DNA of 64,000 bases from Gemmatimonadota bacterium (GCA_036679645.1 JAZDCY010000026.1:1-64000); one strand, 5' to 3'; shown: positions 9,316-19,141, counted from the first letter of the stretch. A program made the numbers and translations. Notes: generated by a model not told the origin, from the letters alone.

Positions 9316-9417
9316 TTACTTCTTACGAAGCCGCTGTCCTTTGCGGCGCTTCCGCATCAGGCGGCGGCGCTTACTTCCCTGTTTGCGCCGTCCCCGGTGC
9401 TTCTTGGGGTATCCCAT
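9316..9417 (-). CDS. 33-aa Lys/Arg-rich small protein (bS22/mS38-like ribosome-associated candidate); below the ORF-track cutoff
   Basis: Translates MGYPKKHRGRRKQGSKRRRLMRKRRKGQRLRKK*, followed at once by a terminator-like hairpin. Confidence 0.7.
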   Translation of the reverse strand: MGYPKKHRGRRKQGSKRRRLMRKRRKGQRLRKK

Positions 9418-9510
9418 GACATTCCGATCTCGCTGGTGAGTGAGTTGGTTGCCGGGTCGGAAGGTCGCTCTTTTCTCTGCAGAGGACAAGCGATGGATTC
9501 GCTCATCGAG

Positions 9511-10164
9511 CTACTCTTCGGAGCGAGACGTGAATCCGATCTTCTTGTGGGTGCCGTCGCAAAACGGCTTGTTCTGCGACGCACCGCACCGGCAGATCGC
9601 ACCCTTTGTTTTGGTGACCCGCGTGCCGTCCTCACCCACGATCTCCACGGCGCCCTCGAACAGCAGTGGGCCATTCAGGGCGACCGTGAACACGACGTCA
9701 CCACGCGCCTCGTCGTCGACCACCGTTCCCGGGTCTCCGATGGCTCCCGGGTCGGTGAACTTGCCAAAGTGGGCGTCGTCGCAGAGCGGTTTGTTGGCTG
9801 ACAATCCGCACCGGCAAAACCCTATCCTATAGTCGCGGAGCAGGACGGTGCCGTCATGGTCGCGCACCTCGATCTTCCCCGTAGCGTACGCCGGCCCGTC
9901 CGGGCCGATACGAATCGTGTTCGTGCGGGGCTCCGGCTCGACGGATTGTCCGTTCCGCAGCAGCTTCAGTGCGCCTGTCGGGCACTGGTGCACGACTGAG
10001 GCAATATCGTCGGCCAAACCCTGCGACGGGTCGATCCACGGGCGGCGGTCGCGGTCGAAGACCTTGCCATTGCCGCGGATGCACGCTTCCGCGTGAATGC
10101 AACGCCTGACATCAAAGGTCACTTCGAATCCGTCGCCCTCGTACGTCTTCACAGTGGCTCTCAT
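9511..10164 (-). CDS. Fe-S protein: divergent 4Fe-4S (Fer4_19-like) domain plus two CDGSH domains
   Basis: GAGGAG RBS; CIHAEAC...RRPWI...CPTGAL; CRCGLSANKPLCDDAH; CRCGASQNKPFCDGTH. Confidence 0.92.
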   Translation of the reverse strand: MRATVKTYEGDGFEVTFDVRRCIHAEACIRGNGKVFDRDRRPWIDPSQGLADDIASVVHQCPTGALKLLRNGQSVEPEPRTNTIRIGPDGPAYATGKIEVRDHDGTVLLRDYRIGFCRCGLSANKPLCDDAHFGKFTDPGAIGDPGTVVDDEARGDVVFTVALNGPLLFEGAVEIVGEDGTRVTKTKGAICRCGASQNKPFCDGTHKKIGFTSRSEE

Positions 10165-10252
10165 CGCTCCTCGCAACGCCGGTGACCAAGCAAAATAAGG
10201 GAAATGGGGATCAGGGGTGAGGTAATCCCTAGCAGAGAGTAGTTTCTCTCCA

Positions 10253-12175
10253 ATGCTCTCGCTGATCCAGGAAGTCGCTCACGAAGCCGGGCGCGGACTC
10301 GACAGCCCCGCGCTGGCCTTCGCGCTCGCCATGGGAGCCGGTGTCATCGCGCAAACCGCCGCGCATCATCTTCGCTTGCCGGGCATTGTCCTCTTTCTCG
10401 CCATCGGCGTGCTGTTGGGTCCGGACGCCATGAACGTGGTCCGGCCCGACACTCTGGGAGCTGGCCTCAACACGCTGGTGGGCCTCGCGGTCGCTGTGAT
10501 CCTGTTCGAGGGCGGCTTGAATCTCAACATCGAACGCCTTCGCCGGCAGGCAGTGACCATCCGACGCCTGGTCACCGTGGGCGCATTGATCACCGCGGTG
10601 GGCGGCACGCTCGCCGCCAAGGCGTTCATGGGCTGGCCGTGGCGCATCGCGATCATCTTCGGCACGCTTGTGATCGTGACGGGTCCCACCGTGGTGGCAC
10701 CGCTGATCCGTCGGATTCGGGTCAAGCAGAGGCTGCAGACCATCCTCGAGGGCGAAGGGGTCCTGATCGACCCGATCGGCGCGATCATCGCGGTCGTGAC
10801 ACTCCAGGTGCTCCTTGCACAGACGGCGGAGTCCGCCGCCTTGAGCCTGCTCGGGATTCCGAGCCGGCTCCTGGTGGGCGCGTTGATCGGCGTCGGGGCG
10901 GGGTTCGCGTTGGGATTCCTGCTGCGCCACGAGCACATCGTGCCCGACGAGTTCAAGAACATGTTCACGCTCGCGCTCGTGCTGGCGTTCTACGCGATCA
11001 GCGAGGCGATCGTGCCCGAGAGCGGGATCATGATGGCGCCCGTGGCGGGGCTTGTGGTCGGCAACATGGACGTGCCAGTGCACGACGAATTGAAGGAGTT
11101 CAAGGAACAGCTCACTACGATGTTCGTCGGCATGCTCTTCGTGCTGCTCGCCGCCGACGTGCGGCTGGCCGAGATCGCAGGCCTCGGCACGGGAGCCGTT
11201 TGGACGATCCTCTTGCTGATGTTCATCGTGCGTCCCGTCAACGTGGCTGTCAGCACACGCGGCTCCAACCTCTCCTTCAAGGAACGCGCGTTCGTCGCGT
11301 GGATCGGGCCGCGCGGCATCGTGGCGGCGGCGGTCGCATCGCTCTTTGCGCAGCTCCTGGCCGAGGCAGGCGTGAGCGGCGGGCTGGAACTCCGTGCACT
11401 CGTCTTCCTCGTCATCTCTGTCACGGTCGTGCTGCAGGGGCTGTCCGGCGCACCGCTGGCGTCGGCGCTCGACCTCCGGCGTCCCATGAACAACGGATTT
11501 GCCATAGTAGGTGCGAACGCGCTGGGCCGGCTCCTCGCGGGCGAGCTTGCCGCGGGCGGACACGAGATCGTCCTGATTGACACGAACGCGCAGGAAACGC
11601 GCGTGGCCCAGGAAGCCGGGTTCACCGTCATCTTCGGGAATGCGCATGAAGAACGGACGCTGTTGCGCGCCGATGTCGAAGGCCGTCGCGGGTTCATTGC
11701 CGCCACCGCAAACGAGGGCGCCAACTTGCTCATCGCAGAGCGCGCGCGGGATCAGTCGAGTACGGGGACGTACGTCGCGGTCGAGCGGGGCAAGGCAGGC
11801 GTTACCCCATCGCACGTAGTCCAGCGCGGGCACCGCATTCTCTTTGGGCACCCAATCGGTATCACGCGCTGGATTCGCGCGGCGGCGGGGGACGATGTCG
11901 CCGTCCGTCGGTGGCAGTTCGCAAGAGAATCGGACGACGCTGGCGCCGGGACGGCGCTGATCACCGGAAAGCGGCCCGCCGAGGCACAACTCCTCCCCCT
12001 CGTGCTCGCCCGCAAGAACCGGCTCGCGCTCGTCGACGACCGCACGACGGTCGCGGAGGGAGATGTGGTTGCCTTCGTATTTCGGAAAGATCAGGTACGT
12101 GCCGTGACGGATCGGCTTACGAGTGAGGGATGGGTGGCGGTCGGCGACCCACCATCTGGATCACCGACCTCCTGA
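10253..12175 (+). CDS. CPA1 (NhaP-type) cation:proton antiporter with C-terminal RCK/TrkA-N domain
   Basis: ILFEGGL, VTGPTVV, EGVLIDPIG, GPRGIVAAAVAS; C-terminal IVGANALG...LIDTN nucleotide-binding fold. Confidence 0.93.
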   Translation: MLSLIQEVAHEAGRGLDSPALAFALAMGAGVIAQTAAHHLRLPGIVLFLAIGVLLGPDAMNVVRPDTLGAGLNTLVGLAVAVILFEGGLNLNIERLRRQAVTIRRLVTVGALITAVGGTLAAKAFMGWPWRIAIIFGTLVIVTGPTVVAPLIRRIRVKQRLQTILEGEGVLIDPIGAIIAVVTLQVLLAQTAESAALSLLGIPSRLLVGALIGVGAGFALGFLLRHEHIVPDEFKNMFTLALVLAFYAISEAIVPESGIMMAPVAGLVVGNMDVPVHDELKEFKEQLTTMFVGMLFVLLAADVRLAEIAGLGTGAVWTILLLMFIVRPVNVAVSTRGSNLSFKERAFVAWIGPRGIVAAAVASLFAQLLAEAGVSGGLELRALVFLVISVTVVLQGLSGAPLASALDLRRPMNNGFAIVGANALGRLLAGELAAGGHEIVLIDTNAQETRVAQEAGFTVIFGNAHEERTLLRADVEGRRGFIAATANEGANLLIAERARDQSSTGTYVAVERGKAGVTPSHVVQRGHRILFGHPIGITRWIRAAAGDDVAVRRWQFARESDDAGAGTALITGKRPAEAQLLPLVLARKNRLALVDDRTTVAEGDVVAFVFRKDQVRAVTDRLTSEGWVAVGDPPSGSPTS

Positions 12176-12272
12176 GCGAATGGCCGGGGATCTCTTGCCT
12201 GATACAGTGCCCGGTCCCATATGAGAGACAAGCGCCACGCCTCAAAGTGTTAGGAATCCGGGGGACGCAACG

Positions 12273-13832
12273 ATGCCCGACGCAACCACGCAGCTTTCCG
12301 CCGATCGGCGTCCACCCGTCGCGTGGATGATTGTCGGAGGGCTCCTGGCCGTCAAGCTAGGCCTGCATCTGGCCACCAACGCCCTGGGTCCCTACGAGTT
12401 CCACCGCGACGAATTCCTCTATATGGCGATGGGCGAGCACCTTCATCTCTTCACGATGGATTTTCCGCCGTTCATCGCGATGCTCTCGGAGACCACGCGA
12501 GGGCTGCTGGGTGACTCGGTATTTGCCCTCCGGCTTCCACCCGCCCTGCTCAGCACGGCGCTGCTCCTGATCGCGGCCCTCACGGCGCGCGAACTGGGAG
12601 GCGGTCGTTTCGCGCAGGGGTTGGCCGGATTGTGTGTGCTTGGCAGCGGCCTCTATCTCCGGACGGGTGGGCTCTTCATGCCGGTGGTGATCGATCAACT
12701 CTGGTGGACGTTGGGGCTCTTCTCGTTGGTTAAGCTCGCAAAGACCGAAGATCCGCGCTGGTGGCTGTGGTTCGGTGTGGCCTGTGGGTTCGGCCTGCTT
12801 TCGAAATTCAGCATGCTCGTGTTCGGGTTCGCGGTGTTCGTGGCGCTCCTCGTGACGCCGGCCCGCCAACACCTCCGCACGCGCTGGCCCTGGCTCGGCG
12901 CCCTCACGGCATTCGTGATCGGCGGCCCGTCGTTCATCGGCCAGATGCGTTTGGGGTGGCCGGTGGTCGACTACATGGGGGACCTCAGAAGCGCGCAACT
13001 CGCCCGCGTATCACCGGTCGAGTTTCTCCTGGACCAGCCGCTCATGGGACTGGGCTTCTTCGTGGCGGTGGTCGGCATGGCGGCGCTCTCCTTCTCGCCG
13101 AAATGGAAACCCTACCGACTCGTCGGCTGGTCGGCTCTCATGGCGCTCATCACACTGATGGTCCTGAAGGGCAAGAGTTACTACATCGGACCGATCTACC
13201 CCGTGCTGTACGGGGCGGGCGCCGTCGTACTCGAGCGGTTCCGTCTGCCGCGTTGGGGCGCCATCGCGCGGCGGGTAGCGGTCGGGTCCGTCGCCGCCCA
13301 AGGACTGATCTCGCTCCCAATCGGTCTTCCCATCCTCGAACCCACAACGATGGAAGCGTACCTCGTAGCGATTGGGATGCAGGAGCTGCTCGCGGAGACG
13401 AACGTGGGCGCGCAGGAGCGGATACCGCAGGATTTTGCCGACATGTTGAATTGGAGGGAACAGGTCGAGGAGGTCGCACGCGTCTACGAGGCGCTACCGC
13501 CAGCGGACCGTGCCCGCGCCGTGATACTCGCGTCCAATTACGGTGAGGCAGGAGCCATCGACTTCTACGGTTCTCGCTACGACCTCCCACCGGCCCGCGC
13601 CTTCGTGGGCACGTACTGGCACTACGGACCCGGCGATCTCCCGGGAGACGTGTTGATCCTCCACGGGTTTGGCACGGACGACTTTGCCAACTTCTGCGAC
13701 TCCCACACCGCGGCTGGCTCCGTGGGCCACGAGTTCGCTGTAGCCGGGGAGCGCAACGTCACGATCTTCATCTGTCGGGGGCCGTTCCGATCGTTGCAGG
13801 CTCAATGGCCGCTCTGGCAGGGCGAGCAGTGA
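12273..13832 (+). CDS. GT-C glycosyltransferase family 39 (PMT/ArnT-like) membrane protein
   Basis: YEFHRDEFLY, DFPPFI, GLLSKFS, GKSYY, NYGEAGAIDFYG motifs; many TM helices. Confidence 0.85.
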   Translation: MPDATTQLSADRRPPVAWMIVGGLLAVKLGLHLATNALGPYEFHRDEFLYMAMGEHLHLFTMDFPPFIAMLSETTRGLLGDSVFALRLPPALLSTALLLIAALTARELGGGRFAQGLAGLCVLGSGLYLRTGGLFMPVVIDQLWWTLGLFSLVKLAKTEDPRWWLWFGVACGFGLLSKFSMLVFGFAVFVALLVTPARQHLRTRWPWLGALTAFVIGGPSFIGQMRLGWPVVDYMGDLRSAQLARVSPVEFLLDQPLMGLGFFVAVVGMAALSFSPKWKPYRLVGWSALMALITLMVLKGKSYYIGPIYPVLYGAGAVVLERFRLPRWGAIARRVAVGSVAAQGLISLPIGLPILEPTTMEAYLVAIGMQELLAETNVGAQERIPQDFADMLNWREQVEEVARVYEALPPADRARAVILASNYGEAGAIDFYGSRYDLPPARAFVGTYWHYGPGDLPGDVLILHGFGTDDFANFCDSHTAAGSVGHEFAVAGERNVTIFICRGPFRSLQAQWPLWQGEQ

Positions 13833-13845
13833 TACCTGGATGGGA

Positions 13846-15756
13846 TCAGTCGGGGAGCGGGTCCGTTCTGGTCAGGTACCGCCGCACGTCACCCACATCG
13901 ACGAACCCATTCCGGTTGCCGTCGTTGTCCAGCACCGCTCGTTGCGCGGCGGTGAGTTGGCCCGGTAGATCGTCGAACAACGCCATCAGCAACTCCGCCG
14001 TGGGGATCACTAGCGGGAACACGGTGAGGGGGATGATCGTCACCCCCGCGACGCCGCGCGCGTCCGCGACACGCACCTCCACATCGAACGGTCCCGTAGC
14101 AGCCGGCGCACCTTCGAACGTCAGCAAATCGGCGGTGACCGACACAGTGACCCCATCGGGCGCCGTACCGGGGGCGATCGTCGCCCCATAAGGTTGCGCT
14201 CCCCCGCTCACGGGGAACTCCACGCGGAGCGGAACAAGCGCCTCGGCGGGTCCCACTACGCCCGTGACGACGACGACTGGCGTATCGACCGTGGAAATGA
14301 CCAGTCGCGCCACACCGCCAGACACCTCTATGGAATGGATCGTTACCGTCGACGGCTCACCGTCGGCGAGCCGCGTAGAAGGCGTGGTCACGTTGCTCAG
14401 CACAACCGTAGTGCCGTCCGTCACGAACATGTCGCTTGCTTCACCGCGGTTACCACCTTCTCCGTGCGTGCGCACGAGCGTGCTGTCGCCATCCGCCTCG
14501 AGCACACTGATCAGATAGCGCGGCGGGCCCGCAGGGTCAGGACGGAGCGCGCCCGCGCGATTGTACCGGTAGATCACGATACCGGATGCCGGCAACTCAC
14601 CGTCGAACCCGAACTGGGGCCGGTACTCGATCAGCAGCGACTCCACGCTGTCTCGATCGAGCGGCACCTCGAGCACTTGGAGAGATGTCTGTACGGGCTC
14701 GAGCACGAACTCCTGCAATACCACGTCGCCCACGATCCGCCGGTCGATCCACCCGAGTTGATCGCGTGACCACGCGGAGAAGTGTGTAGGGCCAAAGCTC
14801 GGGAACTGATCGGCGGGCCCGCAACCCCACGCCCCACCGGCCATCAACCCAAAGCAACCGACCACCCAACGCCGGTTGACCGACAGAATGGCACTAATGC
14901 CGCTTCCGATGGGGTGGTAGAGATCAGGGAGTCGCAGCTCATGTCCCAACTCGTGGGCAACGATACCTACAGTTCGCAACGGGGAGCCGTCACACTCGGA
15001 CGCGCTGATGATGACGTACCCGTCGACGACAATCGGTGAGCCGGCCGCGCCGCTATCGTTGGACGCCCACGGCTGTCCCCCGTTGTATCCCGAAACACCG
15101 GATTTGTGCGGCCAGACGCCTGGTCCACCACACGAGCGCGCCGCTTCCCTGAAAAGGAACGTGACGGCATCTACAACGCCGTTGTCGTCGCCACTGTTCG
15201 GCACTCCGTCGGGGCCGTCGTTGTCGAACTGTGCGAAGTCGAGTGCCTGGTCGGCGGCGGCGAGCGCCTCGAGCAGGTATGCCCCGAACCCTGAGCCAAC
15301 ACCGAACACCGAGCTGGGCCCGCCCGTGGCGGAATCGGTCGATACCGACGTTCGTGACCACGGCGCGGCCGCCCCCGCGGCCTGGAGCACGCCGCCCGAC
15401 GCTTCGGCAAAGAACTCCCGCAACGTGCCGGTTGGCGACGGGCCATCGAAGAACAACTGCTGCAGGAAACCGGGCGCCGACTGTGGTTCGTCCGAGTCGG
15501 AGAAGAGCGCCGGGATCAACAGCACTGTCAGGGTACCGGTCACGGCGGTCCGCGTCGTGATTGCGCTCTCGGCGCGCGACGCCCAGCCGGCATCGGAGAA
15601 ACCAACCGACGCTGCGCGCACCGCCGCGACGGGGAATCCCGCGCGTGCGCGCAACGTGTCGAGATCTTCCACGTGCTGCGCCGGCAGCGGCCGTTGCGGG
15701 AAAGTCAGCGCCAGCAGCCCGGCGATCACGCTACGGAGGATGGCACGGCCTATCAT
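13846..15756 (-). CDS. Secreted M6 (immune inhibitor A-like) zinc metalloprotease with Ig-like and Ca-binding C-terminal region
   Basis: Signal peptide; DFAQFDNDGPDGVPNSGDDNGVVD; AHELGHELRLPDLY; GLMAGGAWG; terminal DNDGNRNGFVDVGD. Confidence 0.9.
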   Translation of the reverse strand: MIGRAILRSVIAGLLALTFPQRPLPAQHVEDLDTLRARAGFPVAAVRAASVGFSDAGWASRAESAITTRTAVTGTLTVLLIPALFSDSDEPQSAPGFLQQLFFDGPSPTGTLREFFAEASGGVLQAAGAAAPWSRTSVSTDSATGGPSSVFGVGSGFGAYLLEALAAADQALDFAQFDNDGPDGVPNSGDDNGVVDAVTFLFREAARSCGGPGVWPHKSGVSGYNGGQPWASNDSGAAGSPIVVDGYVIISASECDGSPLRTVGIVAHELGHELRLPDLYHPIGSGISAILSVNRRWVVGCFGLMAGGAWGCGPADQFPSFGPTHFSAWSRDQLGWIDRRIVGDVVLQEFVLEPVQTSLQVLEVPLDRDSVESLLIEYRPQFGFDGELPASGIVIYRYNRAGALRPDPAGPPRYLISVLEADGDSTLVRTHGEGGNRGEASDMFVTDGTTVVLSNVTTPSTRLADGEPSTVTIHSIEVSGGVARLVISTVDTPVVVVTGVVGPAEALVPLRVEFPVSGGAQPYGATIAPGTAPDGVTVSVTADLLTFEGAPAATGPFDVEVRVADARGVAGVTIIPLTVFPLVIPTAELLMALFDDLPGQLTAAQRAVLDNDGNRNGFVDVGDVRRYLTRTDPLPD

Positions 15757-16187
15757 TGCCGCATCTCCAGCTCATACCCATCGAGCGAGCGCAGGTGGTC
15801 GCCGCCGCCGGCAACCTGGAGCAGGCGGGCTGCCGGTGTTCCGCTCGACGAGATCAGGGAGAAGGACAGTTCTCCGGGTGAGCGCAACGCAACGAACACC
15901 CAAGTGGTGTCCGCCGACGTTCTGGCCAGCGTCCACCCCGACTTGGGGCCGGTCACCGTCGCTGCGTCGATGCGCCCGACGACCTCGACCAGCGCCGCGC
16001 CTTCTGGCCCGTTGGGCGAGACGACGCGGAGTACAATCCCGTTCTGGGGGCCCGGACCATCGTCGCATGCGCCCACGGCCGGCACCAGCGCAACCAGCAC
16101 CGCGACGCATACCCAGCGGCGCCGCCGGATCGGGTCCTCGCTAGCGGATGCGCCCGCGCGTATGGGGCCCAATAATGAACATCTCAT
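15753..16187 (-). CDS. Putative lipoprotein coupled to the M6 protease; start uncertain
   Basis: RRRRWVCVAVLVALVPAVGA-C lipobox-like signal; stop overlaps the M6 ATG (ATGA). No in-frame start lies immediately before the Arg stretch. Confidence 0.6.
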   Translation of the reverse strand: MRCSLLGPIRAGASASEDPIRRRRWVCVAVLVALVPAVGACDDGPGPQNGIVLRVVSPNGPEGAALVEVVGRIDAATVTGPKSGWTLARTSADTTWVFVALRSPGELSFSLISSSGTPAARLLQVAGGGDHLRSLDGYELEMRQ

Positions 16188-16287
16188 CTTGGTCTTCGTG
16201 ACATCGTTCGGCAAACCACGCAAGGAAATTGAGATCGGCGGCGAACGGAGACGCCAGAACGAGTCCTAGCACGATTCGTCGTAACAT
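16141..16287 (-). pseudogene. 48-aa ORF with strong RBS; possible internally deleted gene remnant or small protein
   Basis: GGAGGGAG-c-ATG; MLRRIVLGLVLASPFAADLNFLAWFAERCHEDQDEMFIIGPHTRGRIR*. Confidence 0.4.
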
Positions 16288-16326
16288 GCTCCCTCCAGGT
16301 CACTGGTGTTTCGAACACGAAGGGTT

Positions 16327-18750
16327 TCACCGCACTACCGCCGGCCGCCGCACCCGGTTCCAGATTCCCGCCGTGAGCTGGTCCAGCCGGCTGGCCTGGG
16401 CGCGCACGTCGCGCAGCTTGTCAAACATCTCGGATTCCAAGATCCGTCGTTCGATCCCTAACGGCGAGCGCTCGAAGGCGTACTCGATCCACTCGAAGGC
16501 GCGGGTGGCGTCGCCAATCCACGCATAGAACGACGCGAGGCCGTCGGCACGAAGCACGTCCGTATACACTGTATCCCCTAACAGCCCCGACCGCACGGCA
16601 TTGGCAATCGAGTCGACGATGCGCCGCGCCGAGTCGGTCGCTCCGGCCGCATATAGACAGGCAGCATGGATCGCGGCGTGAGGACCGAACGAAAGCGATA
16701 GGCACTCGTCAGCCCTACCGCTCATGAGCAAAGCCCGTCCCTCGAGCGCTCGCGACTCCACCAGCTGGGGCTCGAGGTTCGTGGCGTGGCGCGCTTCGTC
16801 CACGGCGAGGTCGAACTGCCCGAGCCCGAAAGCCCCGTACGCCAACGCCAGATGTGGTGCGGGCTCGAACGGGCGTAGCTCGACGCCCATGCGCATCGCC
16901 TGCAGTGCCTCGTCGGCTTTTCCCTGCTGCGCCAGGACCGCGCCCGACCAGACAAGTCCCTGCCCTTCGCTCGGGGAGAGCTCGAGCGCACGCGCATAGT
17001 CGGCAGCAGATTCGTCGGTCGGACCATAGGTGCGGCTGATCACGTAGCCGCGCGCCGCAAACCCGTCCGCGTACAGGGGATCGAGCTCAATTGCACGGTT
17101 GGCGGCAGCGAGCGCCCGGCCGGCCACCTCATACTCGGGCACGCCAACATCATATCGGTAGAACAGCGCAAGCGAGTAGGAGGTGGAAAGTCCCGTATAG
17201 GCTCGCGCGTAGGTCGAGTCGAGACCGATGGCCTCACGATAGTAGAACAGCGCCCGGCGGATGCCTTCCGGCGTGCGGCGACCCCACCACGTCCTCCCCA
17301 AGCGGTAGGCCTCGTATGCGGGTCCCTCAACGGCCGCGGCCTGCCGTGGCTCCGCATCGAGACCTGTCCCCACCGTCACCAACTCGACGAGCCGCCGCAC
17401 CAGGCGAGCCTCGAGCCCGTTGCCGGCTGCGAGGTCGATACGCCATGTTTGAGAGTTCAGCCAGACATCGCGTACACCGTCGATCAGCTCCGCGTCGAGA
17501 CGCACGCTCCCTTCCACCTCACGCAATTGCGCAGCGACGATCAACCGTACACGCAACGAGTCAGCGATCTGCCCCGGACTCAGCTGCAACGACCCCAGCC
17601 GGCGCACCGAGATGTAGGAGGGAGTCTTCAATCCAGGGACATCGTGGAGTCGGTCGATGACCCCGTAGGTAATCGCATCGGCAAGGCCATCAAGCTCGGC
17701 CCGCCCCGTCAGGTTCTCGATGGGCATCACCGCCAGCGAGTCCCCGTAGGGAGCGGGGAGCACCACAAGGGGAAATGCGATCGCGCGCGATCGCATGTTG
17801 AGCGCGATGACCGCGAGCAGGACGACCGCGCTCACGCCGAGCAACACGAGTAGCGAGAACCGTCGTCTCGCGCCCTCACCCGTCGCGCGAATGTCGTACC
17901 CGGAACTGAGGCGCCCACGGAGTTGGTCCAACGCGTGCGCAAACTCGCCGGCGGAGGCAAAGCGTTTCTCGCGGTCCTTTGCAAGCGCGGGCATGAGGAC
18001 AGCATCGACTTCCAACGGAATTGATGGCTCCACCTCGCGTGCGCTTCGTGGCTCCTCTGATATCTGCCTGGCGAGTACCCGATCGGCCGGGCCTTTGCCG
18101 AAGGGGGGTCGGCCTGTCAGCATCTCGTACAGCAAACACCCAACGCCGTAGATGTCGGAACGCGCATCGATATCCGCGGCCCCGGCCGCCTGCTCCGGGC
18201 TCATGTACGCCGGCGTGCCGACCGTGAGGCCTGACTGCGTAATGGTCTCGCTCCCAGCCGCCCGAATGGCCCTGGCGACGCCAAAATCGGAGACCAACGC
18301 GAAGCTCTCGAGCAGCAAGATGTTCTCGGGCTTGATGTCGCGGTGCACGATGTTGCGATTGTGCGCATACGCCAGTGCCAGCGCAATGTGGTGCGCTATG
18401 CGTAACGCCGTACTCGGGGACAGGGACTTGGTCTGTCGCAGGAGATCTGCGAGCGTCTCGCCCTCGACATACGGCATGACGAAATACAGAAGACCGTCGG
18501 CCTCGCCGGCGGCGTAGATCGGCACGATGTGGGGATGCGTGAGGTTGGAGACGAAGTCTATCTCGCGCAGGAATCGCTCCCGCCCGATGCGAACGGTGAG
18601 CTCCGGATGGAGTACCTTGATCGCGACCAGCCGGTTGGGATGGCGCTCGCGCGCCAGGTACACAGTGGACATGCCACCGCGCCCAATCTCCCGCTCCATC
18701 GTATAGCGCTCCGGGAGCGCCGCCTGAATCCGCTCGATTAGACTGGTCAT
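16327..18750 (-). CDS. Hanks-type Ser/Thr kinase with TM, TolB-N-like and TPR region
   Basis: GRGGMSTVY, VAIKVL, HRDIKPEN, DFG, GTPAYMSPE; TM FSLLVLLGVSAVVLLAVIAL; SLAVMPIEN; TPR repeats. Confidence 0.93.
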   Translation of the reverse strand: MTSLIERIQAALPERYTMEREIGRGGMSTVYLARERHPNRLVAIKVLHPELTVRIGRERFLREIDFVSNLTHPHIVPIYAAGEADGLLYFVMPYVEGETLADLLRQTKSLSPSTALRIAHHIALALAYAHNRNIVHRDIKPENILLLESFALVSDFGVARAIRAAGSETITQSGLTVGTPAYMSPEQAAGAADIDARSDIYGVGCLLYEMLTGRPPFGKGPADRVLARQISEEPRSAREVEPSIPLEVDAVLMPALAKDREKRFASAGEFAHALDQLRGRLSSGYDIRATGEGARRRFSLLVLLGVSAVVLLAVIALNMRSRAIAFPLVVLPAPYGDSLAVMPIENLTGRAELDGLADAITYGVIDRLHDVPGLKTPSYISVRRLGSLQLSPGQIADSLRVRLIVAAQLREVEGSVRLDAELIDGVRDVWLNSQTWRIDLAAGNGLEARLVRRLVELVTVGTGLDAEPRQAAAVEGPAYEAYRLGRTWWGRRTPEGIRRALFYYREAIGLDSTYARAYTGLSTSYSLALFYRYDVGVPEYEVAGRALAAANRAIELDPLYADGFAARGYVISRTYGPTDESAADYARALELSPSEGQGLVWSGAVLAQQGKADEALQAMRMGVELRPFEPAPHLALAYGAFGLGQFDLAVDEARHATNLEPQLVESRALEGRALLMSGRADECLSLSFGPHAAIHAACLYAAGATDSARRIVDSIANAVRSGLLGDTVYTDVLRADGLASFYAWIGDATRAFEWIEYAFERSPLGIERRILESEMFDKLRDVRAQASRLDQLTAGIWNRVRRPAVVR

Positions 18751-18895
18751 CTCGTTCGCAAGTATGGACTTCGGTGCAGCGGGCCACAAGGAAACCGCTA
18801 CCCGTCAGCCAACCGTGGTGTGCGGCGGTCAAGAACCGGTCAATTCGCGTCGCTGACCCGCGCGCCCGTGGCGGGCCGGCGATAGGTTTGGAGCC

Positions 18896-19141
18896 ATGCA
18901 ATGGATGATCCTGCTGATCCTGGTGCTCACGGTCGCCTGGTGGCTCATGCGACACAGCGCAACGCCGGCCATTCCCCCCAAGCCCAAGATCGATCCCAGG
19001 AGGCTGCTCGCCGCCCAGTTGATCGAGGCGGCCAAAGTGGCGCGGAGAACGCGGCCCCCACGAGGGCTCCACCGAGCGCACCGTAGCCCAGGCCGCGCCA
19101 TGCGTTCGTGGAACGGCCCCGCGAGATCTCCAACCGGTTGA
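18896..19141 (+). pseudogene. Membrane-anchored protein N-terminus, probably truncated near 19045
   Basis: GGAG RBS; MQWMILLILVLTVAWWLMR TM; sequence becomes Arg/Pro-rich where it overlaps the convergent ORF. Confidence 0.45.

Noticed and set aside
10229..11989. 586-aa minus-strand ORF; likewise 28158-29552, 42046-43155, 43870-45531 and 56421-57617
   Set aside because: Antisense shadows of well-supported genes, expected in high-GC DNA; no recognisable motifs.
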